Assembly: GCA_963674865.2 (NCBI GenBank)
Contig: CAXXYE010000009.1
Location: forward strand, 800,001 to 864,000
DNA from: Candidatus Hydrogenedentota bacterium
GTDB taxonomy: Bacteria > Hydrogenedentota > Hydrogenedentia > Hydrogenedentales > SLHB01
Reading direction: 5' to 3'
Length of the DNA: 64,000 nucleotides
Of the stretch, positions 21,223 to 30,884 are shown piece after piece (positions within the stretch are counted from its first letter, which is position 1; every line of letters begins with the position of its first letter). The notes under the pieces were generated by a model that saw only the letters and a list, made by a program, of their open reading frames with translations, was not told the DNA's origin and ran no database searches. A program made the position numbers and the translations under genes.

Positions 21223-22770
21223 CTAATCAAGGAGATTGATGTCCAGTTCAACCGTCTGGCCTTCTTCCAGAGTCACGTCGTAAGAAAGCACCTTGGAGCG
21301 GAAGGGAATGGTCCAGGTGTATCCCAACACGGTGAATTCGTACCGGCCGGGCGTCAGGTCCGTGATCTCGTACGATCCCGCCCCACGCTCGACTAGGGCA
21401 GCGGCGCCGGGGACGGGCTTCATTGCTGCGCTTCGGTAGGTGACGGGCCTGATGGGCGGGTGGCCGGGCGTGCGTAGGAAGGCTTGCCACTGCCAGCGGT
21501 TACCTGACTCGATATGTCCCCGCAGCGTAGCGGTGCCCGTCTCGAATGGGATTTCCAGGTGCACGTCCTCGTCCGCGACGATTTCGATGTCTCGGCAACA
21601 CACGTGGAGGCCCGAAACGGCCTGAATCTCATAGTGCCCCGGCGGGAGGCCTTCAAACACAAGGACATTTTGCTCGTCAGTCTCGAAAGCCGTCCACACC
21701 TCGTTTTCGTGGAAGAGCCATGCCCCCGACTGCTCGTCCCGGGGTGTTGTCAGGCCGGCGGTCAGTGAGGCGCTTCCCACATCGAAGACAACGTCCTGAC
21801 GAGTTGTCTGGTTCGCGTACACCTGGACAATGAGCGTCAGCGTCCGGGACTTGCCCCCCGGGGTCCTGCACATGCCTGTCAGTCGGTACTCGCCCGGGGG
21901 GAGGCCTGAAAAGGCGAACCGGCCCGGGGCCCGGACTTTTTCGGAGTCGAAGAGGCCATTGCTGTCCTCGGTGGGTCGCAGACTGATCGAGACACCCTTA
22001 CCTGGCCCTTGCGCCAAGCCCTCGATCCTGCCTGTCGCATCGGCGGGAGGCATATCCACGCGGCGTTCCTCACCTTCGTTAAGCTCGACGACCTTGTCAT
22101 AGCGGTACTGTTCCGTATGGAGCCTGACGATGTAGAAGCCGGGAGCGAGATTGTCGAAGGCGTAGTTTCCCTCAGTATCCACCATGCCTTGCTTCTCGGT
22201 GTGGTATACCTGCACGCCGTCCGCCCGAAAGGTAAGGAGCTTCATCCACATGCGCTGAAGCGGGTCGTTGTCCCCGGATACTTGGCCGTAAAGCCGCGCA
22301 GCGCCTGGCTGTCCGAGATGGAGATCGACGCAAACACCCTGGCCCCTTGCCAGAGACACCTGTTCTCGTACCGTACCTTCCTCGAAGCGTCTCTGATCCA
22401 TTTGGCTAATGGCTGCTTCAAGGCAGTATGTCCCCGCGCGAAGATGTTCGAAGCGGAAGTGCCCGTCTTCATCAGTGCCCGTCGTATACGCAGTCGGCGG
22501 CGGAAGCCCGCCCTCCCCGATAGCCGGTATGGTGTTATCGTCTGCGGGCCTCAGGTCCACGGTGCCTCGCAATCCCCGCCCCTCCACTGGGCCGGCGCCG
22601 GAAGCCTGTAGACTGGCCAGCGGCGCTCCTTTGTGATAGAGCGTGCCCTCGACCACCCCGGAGCCCCGATCGAACACGAAGTCAGCGCGGACATCCTGAC
22701 TCGCTCTGAGAAGCACGGAGACGCTCTCGTGCATCTGAGCCCCCTCGTGCATCACCCAGGCGTTGAACAA
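21223..22770 (-). pseudogene. C-terminal part of the ECF sigma factor gene (carboxypeptidase-regulatory-like repeats), frameshifted from the upstream ORF
   Basis: Repeated D..G.F.F..L.PG.Y motifs. No signal peptide. Overlaps the upstream ORF, and the frames join if the C6 tract at 22780-22785 is C7. Confidence 0.75.
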
Positions 22771-24398
22771 GTAGTCTGCGGGGGGAGCTTGGCGAACTCA
22801 TACGAGCCGTCCGGGCCTGTCGTCACTTGCTGGTATGTAGGTCCCTTCCAGTACTCAATCATGGCGCCTGACACAGGGCGGCCGTCCAGGTACGCGTATC
22901 CCCTGACGGTTCCCGCGCCCTGCACCACGAGTATCCGCACGCCGCTGGTTTCCTTGCCCGCTGTAACCTCGACAGGATGGGCTGTCCGGGGGTACTTGGT
23001 GTGCCATGCGACAACGTGCCGCTGCCCCTCCTTGACGTGGGCGAGGGCAAATCTGCCCCCGGAATCGCTCTTGGTGGAGGTGAGGGAGGAGATGAATCCG
23101 GCCATCTCCACCGAGTCGAGTCCAGGCTTCTCCGGGCCAACGTCAACGACCGCTCCCGCCACAGGCTTCTTGGTTCGCGCGTCCAGCACGGTTCCCGACA
23201 CGGCGCCTGCGGGCTGAAGCACAATCTCGACTTCCTCCCCGGCGAGGTCTTCCGGCACGGCGCAGTAGACTCTTCCGAATGTGTAGTTCTCGGCATATGC
23301 AGCCAGCGTGACGCCCTGTCCCTCCTCGACGGGATACTCGAAATAGCCATCCGCGTACTGCCGCGAATCCATCAGCACCACCCTTTTCTCTTCAGAAACC
23401 ACTCGCCCAACGGCGAAATGAGGCAGGGGGGTGTTGTCTGGGCCGGCGAGGACGCGTCCGCGGATCACAGTGCCTGTCTGTTCGGCCGCCGGCGGAGGTG
23501 TGGATATTGATGCAGAGGCGGGCTGTGCCTCCCGATCCACCGGAGGCGCGGCTATCTCGGGCGCAGGCGTTTCGAGTTCCGTACGAGGCTCTTCGAGGTC
23601 CGGGCCTGTCGTCGGGGCGCTGGGATGGAGAAGGAGGATTGCCCCCGCGGCCAGGATCGACGTCAGGGCGCCAGCGGCCAGGCCCGTTGGTGAGAGGATG
23701 GCTCCTAGAAGCGTCTTGCCGAAGAGCCAACTTGCCCCCAGCGCGGGAATGGCGGCGGCTGCCGACGGGGAGCCCGCCAAGGCAACCTTGCCGAGATTCG
23801 TCACAAGGCTAACCGGCGCCGCTTCGGCCGCGTTCCTGAGCAGGACTGCCGTTAAGATCGACGCCGAAATGTCCACGCCTCGCCGGCTCAGTGTCTTGCG
23901 GATTTGCTCGATGCCCCGTTGGATGCGGCGGGTGACGCCGCTCTGTGAGATTCCCATCTGAGCGGCGATGGCGTTGTGCGTTTCACCCTCCAGGAAATGC
24001 GCGACGACGGGCTCGCGCAACTTCTCAGGCAACGCCGCAATGGCCTCGTCCACGAAGCCGAGCATGTCCTCCCATGCCCGCTCGGCGCCCTCAGCCGTCC
24101 GCGAGGCATAGCGGATCTCGCGCTCGCGCCGCCGCGCATCGGAGCGGACGCGGCTGATCGCGCCATGCGTGGCCACCGTGTGGAGCCACCCGGCCAAGGA
24201 GCGGCGCGGCGGCCGTTGCGCCTCGGCCAGTTTGAGGAAGCATTCCTGGGCGACTTCCTCCGCGTCCATGGGACTGGCCAGGATGCGCCTGGCCGTGGCG
24301 TAAACCATCCCCGCATGGCGCGTTACGATCTCACGAAAGGCTTCGGCGTCCCGCCCTTCCATCCACCTCTTGAGGAGCAGTGAGTCTGTGCCGTTCAT
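22752..24398 (-). CDS. ECF sigma factor with transmembrane helix and extracytoplasmic C-terminal extension (N-terminal part)
   Basis: Sigma2 (DAEAFREIVTRH..DAEEVAQECF..GWL), sigma4 (VDEAIAALPEKLREPVV.HFLEG...IA..MG), TM GLAAGALTSILAAGAILLL, Pro-rich linker and beta-sandwich repeats. Confidence 0.9.
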   Translation of the reverse strand: MNGTDSLLLKRWMEGRDAEAFREIVTRHAGMVYATARRILASPMDAEEVAQECFLKLAEAQRPPRRSLAGWLHTVATHGAISRVRSDARRREREIRYASRTAEGAERAWEDMLGFVDEAIAALPEKLREPVVAHFLEGETHNAIAAQMGISQSGVTRRIQRGIEQIRKTLSRRGVDISASILTAVLLRNAAEAAPVSLVTNLGKVALAGSPSAAAAIPALGASWLFGKTLLGAILSPTGLAAGALTSILAAGAILLLHPSAPTTGPDLEEPRTELETPAPEIAAPPVDREAQPASASISTPPPAAEQTGTVIRGRVLAGPDNTPLPHFAVGRVVSEEKRVVLMDSRQYADGYFEYPVEEGQGVTLAAYAENYTFGRVYCAVPEDLAGEEVEIVLQPAGAVSGTVLDARTKKPVAGAVVDVGPEKPGLDSVEMAGFISSLTSTKSDSGGRFALAHVKEGQRHVVAWHTKYPRTAHPVEVTAGKETSGVRILVVQGAGTVRGYAYLDGRPVSGAMIEYWKGPTYQQVTTGPDGSYEFAKLPPQTTCSTPG

Positions 24399-24446
24399 AT
24401 CGCACCCCCGAGACTCTGAGTTCCCGCGCTACCTGCATACTACCTC

Positions 24447-24475
24447 TAAGACGCCGCCGGGTGGGAATTCATGAC
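24447..24475 (-). promoter_or_regulatory. Candidate ECF-type autoregulatory promoter
   Basis: GTCATG-N16-CGTCTTA about 50 nt upstream of the ECF start. CGTC is a common ECF -10 core. Confidence 0.4.
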
Positions 24476-24595
24476 GCGGAGAGTCCTTTTTATGATTCGA
24501 CGCTGCGCGAGTGAGACTTTTCTATCGTCATCTGCTCAGGTACCATGTGGTTGGACTGCTTGATCTTTTGAGAACTGCGCGGAAAGGTTACCGAT

Positions 24596-27196
24596 ATGGG
24601 CAATTCCCACGTATTCGAGAGAACATCCTGTTTCACACTTGCCGTGATGCTCCTGTTCGGATGGGCCGCCTTCGCGGGGGAGGCGCCGGTGTATGCGGGC
24701 CAGCCTTCGGGTGAGTACCTGCGGGACTGGCTTGTTTGTGGGCCGTTCCCGGCGGGTGCGTCGCGGCCCGATGCGCCGACCACGGGGCACCTTGCGGGCT
24801 TTGAGACGGATTATCTGGCAGGCACGGGGGGCGAGGCCGGTGCGCAACCGAGTCCCGGCGACGTTGTCGATTTCGACGGGGGCTCGGCTACGTGGACGGC
24901 GTACGAGAGCCCGACGGACGAGGTGAGCCTGGACGATGCCGTATCGACGGCCCTGGAGGTACTGGCTTACGCTTATTGCGAGATCAAGAGCGATGAGGCG
25001 CGGCCCTGCGTCATGGCCGTCGGGACGAATGACGGCTGCCGCATCTGGCTCAACGGGCGCCGGGTGTCGGATTATCCAGCGGCCCGGGGACTCAAACTCG
25101 ACCAGGACCTCATCCCCGTGGTGCTCCAGAAGGGCGTTAACCGGCTCCTGTTCAAGGTGGAGGAGCGTGGCAATGCATGGGGACTGGCATGCCGGTTTCT
25201 ACCGGTGGACGCTGAACTCGTGAAGGGCCGGGTGCGCTTCTTCGAGGTCGTCACGCGCGTGGACGGCACGCCTGTGTTCCGGTTCCGCCACGGCGCGGAG
25301 GCGGCTAGGGCGTTTGTCGAGCGCGCGGCCCTCGAGGCCGTCAGCGTGTTCTATCCGGAGAAGGTTCTTTGGGCCAAGAAGTGGAATGGGAAAGCGGAGC
25401 AGGTGATCGGCGTGGACGCGTCGCGCTACGGGGAATACATCCTGCGGATGCACGCGGCGTACAAAGGAGGCATCGAGGAGGCCATGGCGTATCATTTCAC
25501 GGCGGGCGAACGTATCGAGTATGCCCTGTTCGAGGATGGCGCGAGCGATTACGTGATTGCCATCGACAAGGGCGCGTCGGAGTCGGAGCGCTGGGCGGCG
25601 AATGAACTCCAGCACTGGCTCCAGGAAGTCGGGGGCGCCGAGTTGCCCATCCTCGAGTTGGAGAAGCAGGCGCCCGAGAAAGCCATCATCGTAGGCTACA
25701 ACAAGCACACGGCGCGGCTTTTCGACAAGAAGGCAGCCGCCCCCGCGGATGGCGATGAGTCATTCACCTACAAGAATGCGGGGCCCACCATCGCGATTTG
25801 GGGCGGGCGCGACCGCGGCAGCATGTACGGCGTAATGAGTTTCCTCGAGCGGGAGATGGGCGTCCGCTGGTACACGCCCAGCGTGACGGTTACGCCGAAG
25901 AAAGAGCGCTACCGGTTCACGGTGCTCGACCACAGCGAGGCGGCGGGCATCCGCGTGCGGAATGACTTTTATCACGAGGCATTCGAGCCGATCTGGGCCG
26001 CGCGCAACCGCGTCAACGGCGCGATGAACTACCGCGAACAGCCGGGCGGCGTCGAGGGCTACTGGCGCGTGCATACCTTCTATCCCTTCATGCCGCCGGA
26101 GGAGTTCTACGACAAGAATCCCGAGTATTACAGCCTGATCGACGGCGAGCGCATCCATGAGCGCGCCCAGCTCTGCCTCACCAATCCGCATGTGCTCGAC
26201 ATTATCACGGAGCGTCTGCTCAAGGTCATGCGGGAGCATCCCGAGTACCTGATTTACTCCGTGTCGCAAAACGATTGGCGGAATCCGTGCCAGTGCGAAG
26301 AGTGCCAGGCCATCGCCGAACGCGAAGGAACCGAGGCGGGCCCCGTAGTGTGGTTCGTCAACCAGGTGGCCGAGCGCGTCGAGAAGGAGTTCCCGGACAA
26401 GTTCGTGGGGACGCTCGCCTACCAGTACACGCGCAAGCCGCCGAAGACGATCAAGCCCCGGCACAACGTCGTGATCCGGCTGTGCAGCATCGAATGCTGC
26501 TTCGCCCACGACTTCAAGTCATGTCCCGAGAACGCCGAGTTCCTCGACGATCTCCAGAACTGGGCGAAGATCGCTCCGCACCTATACATCTGGGACTACG
26601 TGGTCAATTTCAGTCATTACATCATGCCGTATCCGAATTTCCGCGTGCTGCAATCGAATGTCCAGAGCTTCCGCGATAACCATGCCATCGGCATCATGGA
26701 GCAGGCGGCGTACCAAAGCCGTGGCGGCGAGTTCGCGGAACTCCGGGCCTATGTGCTGGCGAAGCTGCTATGGGATCCCGAGTGCAATGTCGAGGAAGTC
26801 ATCAACGACTTCATGTACGGCTACTACGGCCGGAGCGGACAGTTCGTCCGCCAGTACTTCGACTTGCTGCACAATCAACTCACGCCGGACACGCATATCC
26901 ACCTCGGCCTGAAGCCGGAGGATATCCTGTTCTCGGATGAGTTCGTCCGGCAGGCCGAGATGATCTTCGACCGCGCGGAGGGCGTGGCCGACAGCGAAGC
27001 CATCCGGCAGCGCGTCGAGATGGCCCGCCTGCCCATCATGTACCTCAAGTGTAAGCGGCAACCTATCGCGGCCAAACGCGACGGCACCTACGCCCGATTC
27101 TGCGAAATCGTCGAGCGCGAAGGCGTTACGTACTACGCCGAACGCGGCGCCGAACACCGCCTCGAATTCCACGCCGAAATGGATGGGATCGAGTAG
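24596..27196 (+). CDS. Secreted DUF4838-domain protein (GH20/GH67-like N-terminal zincin fold, extra N-terminal beta-domain)
   Basis: Signal peptide; WLVCGPF...GTNDGCRIWLNG..LQKGVNRLLFKV; AANELQHWL..GG.RGSMYGVMSFLE; HTF, QLCLTNP, SQNDW..CQCEEC, TLAYQYT and IWDY. Confidence 0.8.
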   Translation: MGNSHVFERTSCFTLAVMLLFGWAAFAGEAPVYAGQPSGEYLRDWLVCGPFPAGASRPDAPTTGHLAGFETDYLAGTGGEAGAQPSPGDVVDFDGGSATWTAYESPTDEVSLDDAVSTALEVLAYAYCEIKSDEARPCVMAVGTNDGCRIWLNGRRVSDYPAARGLKLDQDLIPVVLQKGVNRLLFKVEERGNAWGLACRFLPVDAELVKGRVRFFEVVTRVDGTPVFRFRHGAEAARAFVERAALEAVSVFYPEKVLWAKKWNGKAEQVIGVDASRYGEYILRMHAAYKGGIEEAMAYHFTAGERIEYALFEDGASDYVIAIDKGASESERWAANELQHWLQEVGGAELPILELEKQAPEKAIIVGYNKHTARLFDKKAAAPADGDESFTYKNAGPTIAIWGGRDRGSMYGVMSFLEREMGVRWYTPSVTVTPKKERYRFTVLDHSEAAGIRVRNDFYHEAFEPIWAARNRVNGAMNYREQPGGVEGYWRVHTFYPFMPPEEFYDKNPEYYSLIDGERIHERAQLCLTNPHVLDIITERLLKVMREHPEYLIYSVSQNDWRNPCQCEECQAIAEREGTEAGPVVWFVNQVAERVEKEFPDKFVGTLAYQYTRKPPKTIKPRHNVVIRLCSIECCFAHDFKSCPENAEFLDDLQNWAKIAPHLYIWDYVVNFSHYIMPYPNFRVLQSNVQSFRDNHAIGIMEQAAYQSRGGEFAELRAYVLAKLLWDPECNVEEVINDFMYGYYGRSGQFVRQYFDLLHNQLTPDTHIHLGLKPEDILFSDEFVRQAEMIFDRAEGVADSEAIRQRVEMARLPIMYLKCKRQPIAAKRDGTYARFCEIVEREGVTYYAERGAEHRLEFHAEMDGIE

Positions 27197-27210
27197 AGCA
27201 GGGAGCCTCC

Positions 27211-27240
27211 TTGACACGACGTCACACCCGTGAATATAGT
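27211..27240 (+). promoter_or_regulatory. sigma70-type promoter
   Basis: TTGACA-N18-TATAGT upstream of an AAGGAGG RBS and GTG 27315. Confidence 0.55.
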
Positions 27241-27314
27241 AGCGGGTGTAATGTGACGCTGCATAGCGTGTCTCTTCTAGATGCCGCCGCTGCGCGGAGA
27301 TAAGGAAGGAGGCA

Positions 27315-28490
27315 GTGATGACGCCGCGCAGGCGGGCACTCTGGGGCGTGTGCGCCTCAGTCCTGTTTCTGGCAGCCATCGCGCTTTTTCGGTGCCTGCA
27401 CCCGCTGAAAAAACCACCTGAATTCGCGCCTGAGCCTCCTATACCTGATGTCGATCGGCCCGGTGTAAGCGTGCCGGCCGAGGAGAAGCCCCAGGCAGTG
27501 ACGGTGTTGGGTGAGCCCGTCGTGACAGATCCGAACCAGGTAGATCTGTTCGCCGAATTGGAGGGGTCGGATGATCCCGCCTATCGCCGCTACTTGCTCC
27601 AGCGCCTGCTGGAGAATGTCACGTCCCTCGAAGATCTGGAGAGCACAGGCTTTCCACAAGTCCTGGCCACGTGGGGAAAGACTCGGGCGTTCGAGGCGCT
27701 TCGGGCTATTGCAGATTCCGGACAGGGATGGGCAAGGGAGTATCTAGTCGGGTTGCTTGACACACCAAACGTGGACGGTAAGCCCCCTGCTTGCCGGGAG
27801 GCCGCAGCCACGGTACTTGTTCTCTTGGATGAGTCGTGGGCGTATGAGGCACTGCACGCTATGGTGCTCAGGCGGGTGGAGGCTGGCGAAGATCCCGAGT
27901 GTGTTAGCAGGTCGGCCGAGGTGGGGCGTTTGCTGTGGGACATGGGATACGCCGGGACGGCATCTGCCAAGAAGCTTTTCGCCGAATTCGCTGGCCCGAA
28001 GAAGCTGCCTTTGTCTGGAAGCGATACGGCGTCGTTTCGGGAAGTGAGGGAGCTGTGTACCATCTCGGACGACGCGGAATACGCGCGCATGCTGGACCAC
28101 GCGCTGTACGACCTCTCGCCGTTCGAGGTCAAGAATCTTGTCCGTTCAGCCATGAGACTTCCCGACGGCGTCAATGCCACACGGATGCCTTCCTCCTTGC
28201 TGCAAGATATGGCGCGTTCTGCCGATACGGAGACGGAGCTGGCAATGATGGATGTTCTCCGAGAGCAGGTCGAGAACTACGGAAGCAACGGTGCGAACTG
28301 GGCTACGAACATTACGGCCATGAGCGCTTTGCTTGACGAAGGCCTAAATAGCGACGATCTCGAGGTCCGTCAAGCGGCGGAGGGAGTCCAGGCGCTCATT
28401 GCGGGGGCGACGGATGCCGAGGACCTTCAGCGTAGCATTGCTGAAGATATCTCCTGGCTTCGGGAACTGATCCCGCGGGTGGCGGAATGA
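27315..28490 (+). CDS. Hypothetical membrane-anchored helical (HEAT-like) protein
   Basis: Strong RBS, N-terminal hydrophobic anchor, Pro-rich linker and HEAT-like segments (LNSDDLEVRQAA). Confidence 0.7.
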   Translation: MMTPRRRALWGVCASVLFLAAIALFRCLHPLKKPPEFAPEPPIPDVDRPGVSVPAEEKPQAVTVLGEPVVTDPNQVDLFAELEGSDDPAYRRYLLQRLLENVTSLEDLESTGFPQVLATWGKTRAFEALRAIADSGQGWAREYLVGLLDTPNVDGKPPACREAAATVLVLLDESWAYEALHAMVLRRVEAGEDPECVSRSAEVGRLLWDMGYAGTASAKKLFAEFAGPKKLPLSGSDTASFREVRELCTISDDAEYARMLDHALYDLSPFEVKNLVRSAMRLPDGVNATRMPSSLLQDMARSADTETELAMMDVLREQVENYGSNGANWATNITAMSALLDEGLNSDDLEVRQAAEGVQALIAGATDAEDLQRSIAEDISWLRELIPRVAE

Positions 28491-28521
28491 AGGCATGTAC
28501 TGGGACATACGAGGTAGATTG

Positions 28522-29676
28522 ATGAAGGCACGGTTTATATGGGCAATCACGCTTGCGGCGGTGGTTCTGCTGAGTGTCTTGGTCGTGGTTCCCATACTGA
28601 AACGACATCTTGCTGAGTCCAGCAGGGAGAGGGGGCAGGGCGGGCTTTCCGCATCGAATGTCTCCCTGGCTGATGAGAAGATGCAGGGGAAGGTCACAGA
28701 AGCTGACACCGCGTCACAGGACATCGAACGGCCATTGGCTGCGCCGGCCCTGCCTACGATGATGATTTCCCGAGACAGCATTGACGCTGAGGCGATAGAA
28801 GCGCTCCGGGAGAGGATAGTAGACGATCTCATAGTGCGGCTGCGCACAGGAGATCTGTCTATACTCGAACTTAAACGCATGGCAGACGACCTGCGGCTTT
28901 GCCTGGAGGATGAACGCGGGCGGGCTGCCTTCGAGTACTTCGTGAACGAGTTGTCCCAGGGCGGCCCCGCGGGGCAATACCGTCTGGAATATGCTATGCG
29001 CGCTGCCGTCAAGGCCAACTATGAGTTCGCCAAGGACTTCACGCTTCGTGCGGCTGATGCACATGACTGGGAAGTGCTCAGCGCGGGCATTTGTGGCTTC
29101 AAGTTGAGAAGAACGGCGAGGGTTGATGATCCAGAGGCCCTCAAACGCCTGCTAACAGAGCTTGTTGAGAAGGCCATAGCCTCCGGAGATCCCGGCGCCG
29201 AGTATGCGGGGGTCCGCACAATGTGGGAAAATGAGTCTACGCGATATCCAACAGTGGACAGAAAGGACTGTGAGCGGTTACTCATGCCTTTGCTCCGCGA
29301 GGGATCGGGCGACAGTCATGTTGATCGGTGGGTACTTCAGGCGGCGTTCGAGAATGGCCTGATGGACTCAGACGAAGCATTCGAAGCGGTTGTCGAGTGG
29401 GGCCTGAGTAATGAGAGCGCCGATATCCGGCTTCTGGCACAACGGACATGGCAGGGATCTCTGCGGCAATCCGGCTGGCGCGGGGAGTCACCGGCGGAAC
29501 GCGTTCGCGTGACATTGGAAGTGCTGGCTACGGAGTTGGAGGGGATCACACTTGCTCTCGACGACTCGGATGCGCTCGTCCGTCTCGATGCATCGTCCAG
29601 ATATGACGCGCTGCAGGACCAACTCGAGTCCGTACCGGAGATGGTCAATAAGCCAGACGCCTTGACATACCACTGA
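28522..29676 (+). CDS. Hypothetical membrane-anchored helical (HEAT-like) protein
   Basis: N-terminal TM (FIWAITLAAVVLLSVLVVVP); GLSNESADIRLLA and ALDDSDALVRLDA are HEAT-like. Confidence 0.7.
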   Translation: MKARFIWAITLAAVVLLSVLVVVPILKRHLAESSRERGQGGLSASNVSLADEKMQGKVTEADTASQDIERPLAAPALPTMMISRDSIDAEAIEALRERIVDDLIVRLRTGDLSILELKRMADDLRLCLEDERGRAAFEYFVNELSQGGPAGQYRLEYAMRAAVKANYEFAKDFTLRAADAHDWEVLSAGICGFKLRRTARVDDPEALKRLLTELVEKAIASGDPGAEYAGVRTMWENESTRYPTVDRKDCERLLMPLLREGSGDSHVDRWVLQAAFENGLMDSDEAFEAVVEWGLSNESADIRLLAQRTWQGSLRQSGWRGESPAERVRVTLEVLATELEGITLALDDSDALVRLDASSRYDALQDQLESVPEMVNKPDALTYH

Positions 29677-29730
29677 TTCGGTTTTGCGCCTTCCGTCCGA
29701 GCGCTTTCGAGGCCGAACTTATGCGCCGTA

Positions 29731-29759
29731 TTGACATGTCCAAACACAGGCCATAGACT
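29731..29759 (+). promoter_or_regulatory. sigma70-type promoter
   Basis: TTGACA-N17-TAGACT upstream of ATG 29801. Confidence 0.6.
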
Positions 29760-29800
29760 TACTTCACGCCCATACGGGGAGACGGTACGGGAGGAAGACG

Positions 29801-30133
29801 ATGAGCGAAGAGCAATTCTCTAATGTCCAGTCGCCGCAGCCGCCTTATGCGCCGCCGCAATCGGGCGGCAGCGGCCTGGCCACGACAAGCCTGGTGCTCG
29901 GTATTCTATCGTACTTGTGCTGCGGGCCGGTGTGCGGCATTCCCGCGATTATTACGGGGCATATTGCCCTCGGCAAGGTGAGGCGTGGGGAGTCTCCGCC
30001 GAGCGCCAAAGGGCTTGCCATCGCCGGACTCGTGCTGGGATACGTCAACCTTGCCGTTACCGCTGGCATCTTCCTGTTCTACCTCGTTTTCGGCGGTTTG
30101 GCCGCGATCGCTCCATTCATCTATCAGACGTAG
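29801..30133 (+). CDS. DUF4190 domain membrane protein
   Basis: GLATTSLVLGILS..C..GIPAIITGHIAL..GLAIAGLVLGY; GGAGG RBS. Confidence 0.88.
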   Translation: MSEEQFSNVQSPQPPYAPPQSGGSGLATTSLVLGILSYLCCGPVCGIPAIITGHIALGKVRRGESPPSAKGLAIAGLVLGYVNLAVTAGIFLFYLVFGGLAAIAPFIYQT

Positions 30134-30164
30134 CGTTGTGCTTCTGAGGCCGCGGCTGCGGTGT

Positions 30165-30325
30165 GCCCCGGCGGCCGGATTGCCAATTGTGCCGCGTCCC
30201 AAGTCATTGGGAATAATGACACTGTCCAAATGGCCGGCCTCACGCATCTGGCGAGTCGCCTTGGGAAGATGACGCCGCATCCAAGCACCGTGTGCGCGGT
30301 GCGGTCGAGTTATCCGGCGATTGCG
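30165..30325 (+). repeat. 161-nt structured non-coding element, copy A (candidate ncRNA or MITE-like element)
   Basis: Gap-free alignment to 35408-35568 at 130/161 identity by hand count, with conserved hairpins and compensatory changes. Confidence 0.8.
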
Positions 30326-30339
30326 AGTGTGCGTTCCTC

Positions 30340-30368
30340 TTGACAGCGCGCGCCCGCAAAGGCAAACT
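30340..30368 (+). promoter_or_regulatory. sigma70-type promoter
   Basis: TTGACA-N17-CAAACT upstream of ATG 30435. Confidence 0.45.
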
Positions 30369-30434
30369 AGTCAATGCACCGTGATGGGGTCCAACGAAGC
30401 GCTGGTGTTCCGGAAGGAGAAAGGACGGGGAATT

Positions 30435-30815
30435 ATGACGGACGAGCAAGGACCGATCGAGGAAGAGCAGGTCGAGGCCGCGGCGGGTGAGGCGCCGAGC
30501 AAGGACGCGTGCACGATGGCCATGCTGGCCCATCTGCTGGGGATCGTTCTTGGGTTCATCGGCCCCCTCATTATATGGCTGATCAAGAAAGACGAGCATG
30601 CCTTCGTCGACGACCAGGGCAAGGAGGCGCTCAACTTCCAGCTCACGCTGTTGATTGGCTGGATTGTGGCTTTTGTGCTCTCGTTTTTCTGCATTGGGTT
30701 TCTCCTGTACCCGCTGCTGCTTTTGGCCGCCGTCATCTTCTCGATCCTGGGCGGCGTGAAGGCCAACGGCGGCGAGGCGTATCGCTACCCGTGGTCGATC
30801 AAGTTCATTAAGTAG
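30435..30815 (+). CDS. DUF4870 domain membrane protein
   Basis: AMLAHLLG...GPLIIWLIKKD...GKEALNFQLT...G.AYRYP. Confidence 0.9.
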   Translation: MTDEQGPIEEEQVEAAAGEAPSKDACTMAMLAHLLGIVLGFIGPLIIWLIKKDEHAFVDDQGKEALNFQLTLLIGWIVAFVLSFFCIGFLLYPLLLLAAVIFSILGGVKANGGEAYRYPWSIKFIK

Positions 30816-30831
30816 GGCGAAGTCATATCCG

Positions 30832-30869
30832 GACGCAGGGAAAGACGCTAAGGCTTCCCTGCGTCTTTC
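30832..30869 (+). terminator. Rho-independent terminator
   Basis: gacgcagggaa/ttccctgcgtc 11-bp stem followed by tttc. Confidence 0.6.
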
Positions 30870-30884
30870 GCATTATTACAAAGG

